Of a stretch of DNA of 64,000 bases, positions 26,059 through 38,448 are shown piece by piece. This DNA is from Octopus sinensis (lineage: Eukaryota). Within the stretch, counting starts at the first letter, position 1, and the number at the start of each line of letters is the position of its first letter. The stretch is from the NCBI RefSeq assembly GCF_006345805.1, contig NC_042998.1, forward strand, positions 17,298,001-17,362,000, in the 5' to 3' direction. Below the pieces are notes generated by a model. The model saw only the letters and a program-made list of their open reading frames with translations, did no database searches and was not told the DNA's origin. Position numbers and translations under genes: made by a program.

Positions 26059-26707
26059 AAGTTCCTTTCTGCTAGTCCATGTCTAACGCTTCTGAAATGG
26101 TGATTTCTTTACGACCCTGTAATTTTTCGGATGACGAAAAAGACCGATGAATATTCACCAACTATATTATATTATATATGTAAGCAAAATTGAGGTAAGT
26201 GAAATAACTCGAAGTTGCTAGAGATATGTATTAGAGCAAAAATCATATCAGAGGTTACTCCCACTTATTTCTCTTAGTTTATAAATTTTTCTAATCATTA
26301 TGTAAATTGCATGAGCAATAACTGGTTTTTACTCCGTTTTGTATAAGGCTTTGTCCCTTGGCTGCTGGATGTATAGCCTTTTCGTTCGGAATATGGCTAT
26401 TAAGCAGCAAACGCTTATTAATGATTGTCTTCGTATATTTAGACGTTAACCTTCTCCTTTTACTTAGTAGCATGCCCGGTGGGGAGAGCCACGTGTTTAT
26501 ACCTCTTCTCTAATGTACCTACTTATAAGTGCCATTTCCTAATGATGAAATTTTGATATTTCCTGTAGATTCACTAATAATTTGAATAAATCAAGAATTT
26601 TCGTGGTAGAGCTTTTGTCATAACGGTATATATACATATCTAGAGATAGATATATAGACAGATAAACACACACGCACACACACATCCATATATATAAACA
26701 TGCCGTG

Positions 26708-26738
<31 letters not shown>

Positions 26739-28297
26739 TGTGTGTGTGTGTGTATGTGTGTGTGTGTGTGGAGAGAGAGTGATATATATATACAGAGCAG
26801 CAATAAGAGAAATGTATATTTGGCGTGTCAGAGATATTTAATGTTTAAGCAATTCTCTTCTTCATGCCAGCTGTTAAACTTTCAAGTGTAATAAATTCTC
26901 GATTTATTCGACAATTTACGTCAGAGTTACACTTCCATTGATGCTCAGATAATGATTCAAGGACGTACGCACACAGTTATGTGTAGTTGTCTTTTATACT
27001 GTTAGAAAAACATATTAGTCATTAGCCATCGCATAAAAGTATTTTACTCTCACCGCATGTTTACGTTCATTATTCTAATACACGACTTATTCAATATACT
27101 TTCTAACATTTATCAGTGAAAGTGTACAATGCTTCATATTTATCACTAATAAATATCAACTGTGTATAGTTTTTTTTCTTTCTACTACTTTTATTACACT
27201 ATTTTTATGAGAAGACCATAATACATATTTTATTTTGCATCATAGCAAACGACTGCTTTTAATAGGTAATAGAAACATAGCAATAATTTCATGCCTATTT
27301 TCTATATACTGATTGTCGTTCCTTAAAATATATGTTGTTTTGTATGTAACGCACAAGTTTAATATAGAATAAATAAATTCAACTTTTATTTCTGTATGAC
27401 ATAAAAACACTTATTTTCTTCTTGGTTGGTCAATGAGGTAATAGTGTTTGTATATATGAACAAATATCTTTGTTATTCGTTTGTGTACTCATGCATTACT
27501 GTACTTTTGTAACCTGCTTGTCCCCGTATGTTAATAACGAGCTGTGTGATTTTACTAATTTGCAGATAATTTCTCGAAGTCAATTAGAAACTCCTAATAG
27601 GATTTTCATTCAGTTTATATTTCATCTGTCCTCTTCACATAGGTATCTTTGTGTCTTTCTTAAGATTTTATGCCATGTATTGTATTTTATTCAGTTTCTC
27701 CTGTAAGCAGACACCAGTTAATCAACATACCAGTGACTGTGATGCCAGATGTATTGATTTATATAATTTTTTTTAAAGCCATAATTTTACGAAAAATCAA
27801 AACCAAGAATAACGGATCGGTAAAGTATTTCATCGAATACAGAATGCTGGAAAGTAGAAATGGGATTCAGAAAATATAATTTGAAACAACATCTCGCATG
27901 GTAAAGACTTGTAATCAATTCAGCCTCATAATTTCAACAGTGCTCACTTGCAACATAAATAAATGGAATACATGTATTCCGTTTTCTACGTCCTCAGTCT
28001 ATAATTTTACCTCGGCCACATTGTTGTTTCCCAATTTCATTTCAAGAAATTATGACCATTCATTCGATTATCAACAAATTTCTATCAAGGATATTGATTG
28101 TTGATAAACTTCTATAACTGAGAAAAGAAAAGAGAAACGTTCACTTAATGCTCCGCTTGAGCACACACTCAAGATATAGGAAAACATATTTTTATCGTCA
28201 CTAGTCATAGTTTTATCTATAATTTTTACTTTCCGAATCGTCGGTCTGAACATTTTCGGTCTTGTATGTGTATGATTCTGCATATATGTATACATGT

Positions 28298-28598
28298 GGA
28301 GGCACAATGGCCCAGTGGTTAGGGAAGCGGACTCGCGGTCGTAGGATCGCGGTTTCGATTCCCAGACCGGGCGTTGTGTGTGTTTATTGAGCGAAAACAC
28401 CTAAAAGCTCCACGAGGCTCCGGCAGGGGGTGGTGATCCCTGCTGTACTCTTTCACCACTTTTTCTCTCTTTCTTCTGTTGGCCAGCTCGCTTAGCCAGC
28501 GGGGTGGCGTCGTTCGAAGGCTAACACAATGCGAATGCATTGTGACCAGCGATGTGTAGCAACATCTGATGGTCTGGTCGGTCACGTGATCACGTGAT
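28298..28598 (+). mobile_element. tRNA-derived SINE, full length
   Basis: A box TGGCCCAGTGG and B box GGTTTCGATTCC; head and middle shared with 49422. Confidence 0.9.
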
Positions 28599-28611
28599 AT
28601 GTATACATACG

Positions 28612-28651
<40 letters not shown>

Positions 28652-29513
28652 AGGGTAAAAACAGTTTGATAATGAAAAGACCATTTGATTTTGTATACAC
28701 ACATACACAGATATCACTACGCAACTCAGTAGTATACTCAGTAGCGTATTTCATCTCCAATCTATTTTATAGATACTTTCATAGACATCTGGTATCACAA
28801 TTTTCGTAACATCAAGTATTTATCGTTATCCAGAAAGAAGGTTGTTTTTCAATTAGTAAATACACACGCATTAGCTGCAAGGATTTGTGGATTTATACTC
28901 GTGTGCTTTGAGATCCACTGACCCCAACGCTACCTCCTCCCAATTATTATTTCAGATTCTCTCCAAAGTTTATAAAATTTTATGATATCAGCAATATACA
29001 ATTCTCACAGATAATATTATGGTTAGAAAGAATTTCAAGGATTCTTTTAGTCCAATGGTAGGACGCCACTCATTTCTACAAGAAATGAATGTTCGACTCC
29101 TACAGGAAGCCTTCGATTTCTTCTATCCGAAACAATTTTTCAATCTAATATGCATGATATATGGCATTATTTAAAACTTTATGTATGGTTCTGGTTTCAA
29201 TGTTCCCAAAAAGAATATATGTATATATACATGTGTATGGATCTGTTAGTAAGAGTGTGAGAGAGAACGAGACAGAGATACCAATAAACGGATACCATAT
29301 TCCTATGATTTTTTAACAAAAATATCAGTATTAAATAAGATAATGATTGTAAATAATAATATATAGCAGAAACAAATGGAAAAAACACCTGATGCTAGGA
29401 ATATCACAAAATATATGCGAATGTATTTGAGCGCGTGTATAATTTTACTAATTACATAGATTTAAGTATATTTTATAACGTACAATTCCATAGTTATATC
29501 GTTTTTGAATCAT

Positions 29514-29579
<66 letters not shown>

Positions 29580-31663
29580 CTATTATGTGCTTTTAACATT
29601 AGTATATGGCGTAACTACAATAAAAAGGATATTTATGTTCTAGATATATTTTCAACTCTATCTGCGCTATCATATAATTTTCCCGTCATGTAAATGAGTT
29701 ATATGTATGTATGTATGTATGTATGTATCTTTGTATGTATGTATGTATGTATGTATGTACGTACGTACCTATGTATATATATATATGTATGTATACGTTG
29801 TCTCTAGAAACAATAAATCATACTCTTAAATTGCTGGTGAAATACAGGATAGAAATAATATCAAGAGGAAATATTATTTACGATATCCTAAAAGTCAATT
29901 TCCCACGTATATTCTTTTTAATGTTTTATCTTGAGGTTTCATAAAATTTTCAAATCTTAAAATCTGGAAATCAATAACTTAGTTTAATAATCTTGTCTAG
30001 GATGTTTGAGTGTCGTATACGATCATTTATTATTGTTATATTCTCTGCAAATTGCTTATATTGCCTATAGCAAAAATGATGCCCGTTACTTATACCAAGT
30101 GGAAATTAACATCGAAGTACTTGGATTCTGTACTTATATTTTATACGTACAATTCAAATTACAGATGAGACAAATATATTTATCATCAAACTAATAATGC
30201 ATAATGCAGTAGTAGATTTATTTTGTATTTATATAACAAATTAAATCATATTAATTAGATTATTTCCTCCTTCAAATTTGTTATCCACAAATTTAAGAGT
30301 GTCAAAGTAAAAGGATTTAGTAGATTCGGTTATTTATATTTACTGTATCACGGCTCTGAAACAATTCACACAATCCCACACACACGAAACACGCACGCGA
30401 AACACGCACGCAGACACAGACACAAACTTCCAAAGAAGGTACACTGATATATAGTTTCTAAGCATGCTGTACATCTTTGTAGAAATTAAAATCTACTTCG
30501 ACTTATGCAACTGTGTATATTTACGGATTATAAATTACTCAAAGTTAAAAATGCATACAATTCTCTATTCGTTTATAGATATTCCACTTGCTTTTTTTTA
30601 TTCTCAGTCCTTCTTTCATGTAGATAACTGTTAAGACACTTTTGCATACAGCGTTATTTGAATATTTTACTTAAGTTTCTTTTTCATGGCTTCACGTATA
30701 GAGTGCAATATATTTAGACACGTAATGGCATTTCTAAAAATGAATTTATTTTGTTTCTTTTTAACCTTCCAAAGATGTCTTCTTTATCACGAATAATGAT
30801 GACAAAAAATGGATAATCAACATTTCATTAAACAATTTATATGCAATTTCCCAAGAAATGTAGAACAATGCTTAGCAGCCAGAAAACAAATGCATTCTCC
30901 AGAAAAAATTATTGGTTTACTTTCAAGCAAACATTTAAAGAATTTCTACAAATTGACAATTCATTGAACATATTTTGACTGAAGGCGATACCTCTTGAAT
31001 ATATAGCCTGTCATATGTACCTGTTTCTTTTCCTTTATTTATTTAATTATTACTTTTTTAGTGTCAAAGAGAGAACAGCAGTTTCTTAAAAGGCCGCGCG
31101 TATAAAAAGAATGTTAAACAATGAATTTAAAGAAAAAGTCTCTACGGTTGTTATGTTTAATCGGAAGGTTCTTAATGTTGAAGGAGATTGTCTGCTAGTA
31201 TTGTAAGTATGCGTGCATTTAAAAAAAAATAAAATTATGGGTGCGGGGATAATATGCATGCACGTACATTGGTTACATTCGTTGTGATTTTAATGCATCA
31301 TGTGATGCGGAAGTTTATCGGTTACTTTAACGTGCATAGTGATTCTGTGCTAAATATATACTAGGCTTTTGTTATGAACGTTCCCTTGCCTTGCTTTATC
31401 ATATACTCTTTTCTCACCGAACCGAAATAAAGCCCCTTAACACACAAAAAACCAACTATGACACTGTCACTTTATCAGGTGATTATCGTCACTATGAAAG
31501 AATGCTTCAACTGCAGTAAAGGATTATGGTTCATAACCTTCAGACCGTCTAGTCACTTCTTAATAATAAATTTGATATCAACAGACATCTGCCTGATTTC
31601 TTTCTTGATAATCTGTGACAAAAAAGACATGATTACTTTTCAAAACAGTCCGTCGATCACACA

Positions 31664-31726
<63 letters not shown>

Positions 31727-31939
31727 GAATATTTATATATACTTATATATTTATATGTATCTCTAAATATATAAATATACTTATACTTATATATATATAT
31801 GTATATATGTGTATGTATATACTTATATATATATTTCTATACATATGTATGCATGTATATATGATTGTGTATTTATATATGTGTTTGTGTATATATATGT
31901 GTATTATTTATGTATGCATATGTATATATATATATATCT

Positions 31940-33345
31940 TCCGATAGTCGCTCCTTATCGTGGTGGAAGAGCTTGTGTGTTCCAATGATTCTGAGAGCTA
32001 TACCGTCTGGAGTCTTAGACTCCTGGTAGAGCCACCCATGACAGTAAGTTCGAGGATGCGATCCCAGACTAAACACCAACATCAAGACTCAAACGGCGGT
32101 GCAAGCGGAGGAGGGCTGTCTCAAGCCCCCAAGGATTGACTCCTCCGGCGGAAGATGGCAACGCGTGGCGGGCAGGCGTGACGAAGGCGGATAGACCCCG
32201 ACAGCTCGCTGCAATCAGCCTCATCGAGACTGCACATTTTAATTCCTGACCTGCAGTGCAGAAGTTCCTGGCGAAGTCCCTGCTCGTGGCCGTCGCGCAC
32301 CTACGATCACCTCAAGAAATTTACTCATCGAATGGCTTCGTGTTTCTAATCTGTCTCAAAACGTCCAATGTCGATGGCATCGTAGGCACCGGAGGCAGAT
32401 GAGGAAAGCCGGAATCCTCTAGTCCGTGACCACACGTTGATGGCGAATCTCAGATGGTCGCTCTCCAATGAACAGCCGTGACACTGGAGTTCGGCATCTA
32501 CACCCATGACTGGGTCTGCCTCTTTATGATTACCACAGCCCACCCCTTAACTAACGCTTCAGGATGCAGATAAACACATTAAAGTCCAAGATGCTGATCC
32601 AATCTGCACCAGACCAGAACAGTACCCCCATAAACATTAGCATTAACGGCCAACCACAGAAGAAGTTAACCACTTCACATACCTTGCAAGTATCTTTTCG
32701 ACCCCCCCTCCGGGTGTGAAAAGGGCGTGGAGACCCGGATTGGGGCGGCCCACTCTGCCTTCAACATGCATTTTTCAAACAAGCGCTGACCATCTGGATA
32801 AAAACCGAGGTCTTCCGTCCTATCAACTCCACTCCACGCTTGTGAGACTTGGACGTTGTATCGCCGTGACTTCAAGCGCCATGAATGCTTCTAACAGTCG
32901 AAGCTACGACAGATCCTCAACATACAATGGAAAGATCACGCTACCAACAACGAGATTCTTCGCCGCGCCCCACTATCAAGTATCGAGGTCACCATTCTTC
33001 ACCATCATCTCGGCTGGGCAGGTCACCTCTAGCGTATGGAGCCCTCTCGTTTCTCAAGTATCATGCTCTACGGAGAACCTGCAATCGGAACAAGACCCAA
33101 TGGAGGTGGGACATTCCACAAACGGATCTTGGCTCAAGCTAACATCTAGCCATCCTCATGAGAACAGATTGCCATGGATAGGACTGCTATCCGCAATGGA
33201 GCCAGCTCCTTCGAGCAGAATAGACAATAGAATAAGGAGGCAAAACGCAGGAGAAAAACAGAGTGTCTTCAACATCCTCGAACTGCACCGACTATCCCGT
33301 GCGAGTTCTGCCGCCGACTCTTTCACCACTGACTTTCCCCTCTAT
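31940..33345 (+). mobile_element. Internally deleted, decayed RTE-clade LINE (5'UTR, EN start, RT C-terminal half)
   Basis: RTE-type 5' end (ccttatcgtggtggaagagcttgtgtgttccaatgat..ctcctggtagagccacccatg). MVALQ*T is DIVALQET-like. Then MQINTLKSKML..NHFTYL..ACETWTLYRR..LRQILNIQWKDH.TNNEIL..WAGH and a terminal CEFCRR. Confidence 0.85.
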
Positions 33346-33353
33346 AATAATAA

Positions 33354-33812
33354 GATGAAAAATTGTGACTCTGTAATTGACGCTCGGAGGCCACATATTA
33401 TGGTAGATAATGGAGGAAAGGAGACCAATTTGATAGATATTGCAATACCTGGAGATGCACGAATAAGTAAGAAAAATCTAGAAAAGATGGAAAAGTACAG
33501 ACTACTAAACGATGAAATTGCAAGGAAAGTAGACTAGTTGTACGAGTACTTGGAGCACTACCAACCAAGTTCAAGAAATATATCAAAGAAATTGGAATTC
33601 ACATGTGAGGAGAGCAAACCCAAATAACTGCTCTGCTGTAGACAGCTAGTTTTTTGAGATTGGTACCTGGGTGTTGATTATCTCCTACGATAATTAACAA
33701 CTATTTAAGCTTATACTATCAGGAAAGTGATCGTCTGAGAGCTCTGATGACAGACTGCTTCCCACTCTCAGAATCTACCAGAACAAACAAGACCGATCGT
33801 TCTGAGAAGTAA
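33354..33812 (+). mobile_element. 5'-truncated R4/Dong-like LINE 3' end
   Basis: DARRPHIMVDN..LIDIAIPGDARISKKNLEKMEKYRLLNDEIAR; preceded by taataataa and followed by (AAC)n(AAT)n. Confidence 0.85.
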
Positions 33813-33881
33813 AACAACAACAACAATAACAATAACAATAACAATAATAACAACAATAATAATAATAATAACAATAAAATA

Positions 33882-33956
<75 letters not shown>

Positions 33957-33968
33957 GTAATAATAATA
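33813..33968. repeat. (AAC)n/(AAT)n microsatellite
   Basis: Direct reading. Confidence 0.95.
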
Positions 33969-34146
33969 AGGGTAATTTTCATAGTATTTTTTCCGATGGC
34001 CGGATAACTGAAGAGATGGCGGCGTGGATTTCCACCCTGACATCCTAAACTCGGAGTGTTATCATGGCTATTACATTTACAGACACACACACACCCACAC
34101 ACACACACACGCACACACGCACACACACACCCACACACACACACAG

Positions 34147-34197
<51 letters not shown>

Positions 34198-34202
34198 ATA
34201 TA

Positions 34203-34383
34203 CGCCATGATAGTTCGTTAGCTCCAACACGCATATTTTTTCTGTGTATCTTTCTGTCGAAGAGCGTAGGCTCGAAACCTAAAAGACTTGTTCTATTTCT
34301 ATTCCTGAGCGCCGTACTAATACATTTGTTTGTTTGTACTCCACCTGCATTCGTCTTTTGTTTATTTTCGTAAACCTTCCCGT

Positions 34384-34386
<3 letters not shown>
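34203..34386 (+). mobile_element. Penelope-like family 1 short copy between (TA)n tracts, with hammerhead-like motif 34249-34286
   Basis: Homologous to 23511-23727; TCTTT-CTGTCGA-A-GAGC(GTAG)GCTC-GAAAC-CTA-AAAGA. Confidence 0.7.
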
Positions 34387-34436
<50 letters not shown>

Positions 34437-36399
34437 TCTGTTCTGTACCTAATCTTGAATCAGCCAATAATTATAGCCACATAGAACCTACGATTCTTCA
34501 GGTATTCTGTCTCAAGTTGCTTGTCATTATTGCAGCTAGTCTACATTAATATATATTTTAGAGAATCTATTAGTGTTTAATTATGGGGAAAAAAGTATCT
34601 TTTGATACAGTTTCAGTTGTTTTGTGATATTATTCCTTGATGAATCGCAAAACCAGATTCATTAAATGTTCATCTTTGTTATGCTGTTGTTGACTATCAA
34701 AAATTAATGTAAATTATTTGGAAAATCGTAATATTCATACTTCACATATATATACATATATACAAGGCTATAGACATCTACACAAGCATACACAGTGCGT
34801 GCGTGTACTTGTCTTTGAAAACATGAAGCATCAAAGAAATCATAAGGGTAATATAATTAACTAAATATTATATAAAAACAGATACATACAGCAGATAATA
34901 AACACGAAATTTATACATGATTCATATATCAATTCTATTTTTGCTTTAAATATACTGCGCCAATTTAGAACTTTTGGGGGGTCCACCACAGAAACGGCGT
35001 ATGACAAAATACTTGAAATAAGTTACTAATCAAATATATGTATTTTATATATAGTGGACAAAAATTCAATAAAATCTTCGGTATGGTACTTGCCTTGCTC
35101 TGATTACGTTTAATACCACCATATAGGGATAGCATTGCGAAGAAGCGAGTCTACTTAGTACATGTATGTGCAGTTTTGAATCCTTTCTAAATAGCGCATC
35201 AGTACACGATGAAAGATTGTTATTATGCGTGTGTCTGTGAGAATGTCAGTGTATCTGTGTATCTGTTTGAGTAGATGAGTAAATATTCAAATGTCTTAAC
35301 ATAAAAATAATTTATTTTTATCTTTGTGGAACTAGCAATTAGAATGTCTTTAGAAGCATCAGGATCAAATAAATCTAGTTGTGAAGTTGCATATAAATAA
35401 TTTTCTAAATACTTGTATATTCGGAACACATATTCCGTTTTTTTCTATCACTCGTATTTTATCCACGTGTTACCATACATCTCTCTCCGATGTACAATTA
35501 CACCGCGAATCCCAAGCATTTTTAGCGTATTGGTGTAAAATATTATACACATTCAGTGACATTTGGCTTCCAGCAAACCATTCTAATAGGGATCATAATT
35601 CTATTTTCATTCTGCTCTTTACGTTAACCTGGCATTCAGCTTATTTAATAGATTGGTGAACGATCGTTTTAGTTCTTGGAAAAAATTATATTTTATTTTT
35701 CCTTATTTTTCTTAATTCTCCTTTAGTTGACATCTTTCATTATCTTTCTTACATTATCGAGATTCTTTGCATAATTCATTCTGCGAATTTTCGTTTACTT
35801 CCTTCTATTTACAATATCTAACTTCTAAATTGAACGCCGCACATACTAACCACATTTTTGTTTGAATAATATAGCTTTTCTGTCTATTTTCTTCATTTTA
35901 TTTGTGATTTCATATATTTTTATCTCTTTTATTTCCTCCTCAATTCGATCATTCTGTATATCTATCTACTTTTCTGTTTTCTTCCGCCTTCCTCACTCTC
36001 TAAGACTCTCAATCTTTTCTTCCTTCTGATATCAAAGATGTGAAAGCAAATGTAAATAACGACTAGCCTGAAAGCTTCTGTGAATAAAACGGCATTGTTT
36101 GCTTGATCTTTTAACATTTTCCCCATACACAAGTAGACAGTTAGATAATCAAGCTGCATTCAAGGAAATTATATTTTGTTGTGTAATAACAACTACCTTA
36201 CTGTCCAAATCAGAAAATAGAAATACCAAAAAAAATGTAAAGGGATACGTAAACAAAAGAAAGAAAATTTTAGGAAATAATGTTGGGGAAAGTAGGAAGG
36301 AACAAAAAAGAAAACCGAAAGTAAGTTGGAGAGAACATTATAACCTCTCTTAAACAAGAATGAAAAATTCATCTGACGTTAATGTCCTGAATAGTATAC

Positions 36400-36448
<49 letters not shown>

Positions 36449-36889
36449 TATATCTGTATGTATATGTATATATTTGCTCCCCACCTCATATATATATGTG
36501 AGTGTGTATGTATTTATATGTGTGTGCGTGTGCGTGTCTGTGTATGTTTGTGTTTGTGCATGTGTGTGTGTGTGTGTTTGCATATGTATATATTAGCTGA
36601 GATTAACTTCTAGGATGTGAAATGTGAAATAACGCTGAAATATGTGGCAAGGTTACAGAAGAATTAAAACAAATATTTGAAAACTTAAATATTATAAAAA
36701 TTCAGGACATAAATCTTAAAAGAAATGTTGAAATTATCAAATTATTCTAAAGCAAATGTGAACAGAAAAATCAATGAGAAAATAATTTAGAATCGGTAAA
36801 TAAAAACAGCAGGAAAAAACTTCAAACTACGTTTAACTTACTATTGGTCTAGTAATGGGCATATAGTTTTTTTTTTATTTTTTACTTTT

Positions 36890-37240
36890 TTTACTTGTTT
36901 CAGTCATTTGACTCTGATCATACTGGAGCATAGCCTTTAGTTGAACAAATCGACCCCAGGACTTATTCTTTGTAAGTCACTTATGCCGAACCGCTAATTT
37001 ACGGGACATAAACACACAAATATCGGTTTTAAAGCGAAGGTGGGGGTGGGGGAAACGCAGGCACACAAATATATGCATATATACGACAAGCGTCTTTCAG
37101 TTTCCGTCTACCAAATCCACTCAGAAGACTTTGGTCGACCCGAGGCTATAGTAGAAGACGCTTGCCGAAGGTGCCAAGTAGTGGGACTGAACTATATGAT
37201 TGAGAAGCAAGCTTCTTACCACAGGGCTACGGCTGCGCGT
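36890..37240 (-). mobile_element. tRNA-derived SINE (CORE-like ttgggcaag middle), decayed
   Basis: Reverse complement homologous to 45008-45410 and to head 48239-48305. Confidence 0.85.
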
Positions 37241-38229
37241 GTGCGCATGTGTGCATGTATATGATATGACGAAAATTGTCAAATCGACAGCACCAATGTA
37301 AAATAAACATCATACGCATGTCATAAAAGGAATTACAACAACACCTAGTATCACGTGGCCAAAGCATCGAACACTACATCATATCACTGCAACATGGGTC
37401 ACTTTATTTCTATGTATTACAAATAATAGTAATAATTTACTTTACTGAGAAAGAATTTACATTTCTGGCAAACCTTCGAATAACTGCAGAGTTTATACTT
37501 ATGCCATGCAAACATAGAATACTACATAACTAAGCATTCTATAATGAACATATTGCGTCCGATGCACATACCCTAATAATAATATTGATTTCCAACGAAA
37601 GTACATGACTCGAAAGTTGAGATTGCGGTATGGTGAGATTAGCACTGTCGGCCATGATGTGATTTAAACTCTGAATGCAAGTGTCGTAATTAGATCCCGC
37701 AGAATGTGAGAGAATGTTTAGGGACAATATGTTGCTGCAAAGGAGCAGGTGCTGCAAAACGACGCCTTTCAATACTTAGAAAATGTAATGGTGTGACATA
37801 TATTTCTAACTGTTTAGTTAACGATGTACTGATCAGTATTTACAACAACGCAATCACCACGAATGTTAAACCTACAGAACTCGGTAATAACAAAATTATT
37901 GCATTTAGCAGGTATGTCAACGGTAAAAGCAGTAACAGTAACGCCGTGCTAACAACACCCATTATTAACAAGAACGTAGGCGTCTGTGCTTGAAAAATGA
38001 AGTGGATTTAAAAGTGTGGTATCATAATAGTGCTGATTAGCTGTTTTAGAAATATCAGCAAAAGAAGCAATACCAATATGAATGTTGTCAACGGCAATAT
38101 AGTTCTTTTACTAGTAGCAACCAAGTCTGCGACATCCAATAGCAGCACTAGCATCAAATGCAGCACTAGTTATACAAAAAGCAATAACATAGAAGCCTCT
38201 AGACGTGGATAACATTCTACACTATAGGG

Positions 38230-38448
38230 CAGTGGTTTTCAACCAGGGTTCCGCGGAACCTTAGGGTTACGCCAGTACAGTCCAGGGGTTCCACAAGAAG
38301 TTACAAATCTGCTAAAATCGGCAGTAATTTTAAATTCTCCTGTGCAGATATGTGTGCATAAGACTATTAAATTATTGCACAGGGGTTCCTCGAGCCAGTG
38401 GAATGTTTCCTTGGGGTTCCGCTCCAGCAAAAAGTTTAAAAAGCACTG
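38230..38448. mobile_element. 219-bp hAT (Charlie-like) MITE with 8-bp TSD CTATAGGG
   Basis: TIRs CAGTGGTTTTCAAC / GTTTAAAAAGCACTG; CTATAGGG at 38222-38229 and 38449-38456; repeated GGTTCC subterminal motifs. Confidence 0.9.

Noticed and set aside
26291-26500. 60-aa minus-strand ORF MLLSKRRRLTSK...
   Set aside because: No motif and weak splice signals; within chance expectation.
27566-27642. Plus-strand exon candidate (tactaatttgcag| ... ag|gtatct)
   Set aside because: Good acceptor and open frame, but unidentifiable peptide and no consistent plus-strand exon chain.
32716-33537. 273-aa plus-strand ORF
   Set aside because: An off-frame read-through of the decayed RTE that only at its end enters the R4-like RLE frame; not a real gene.
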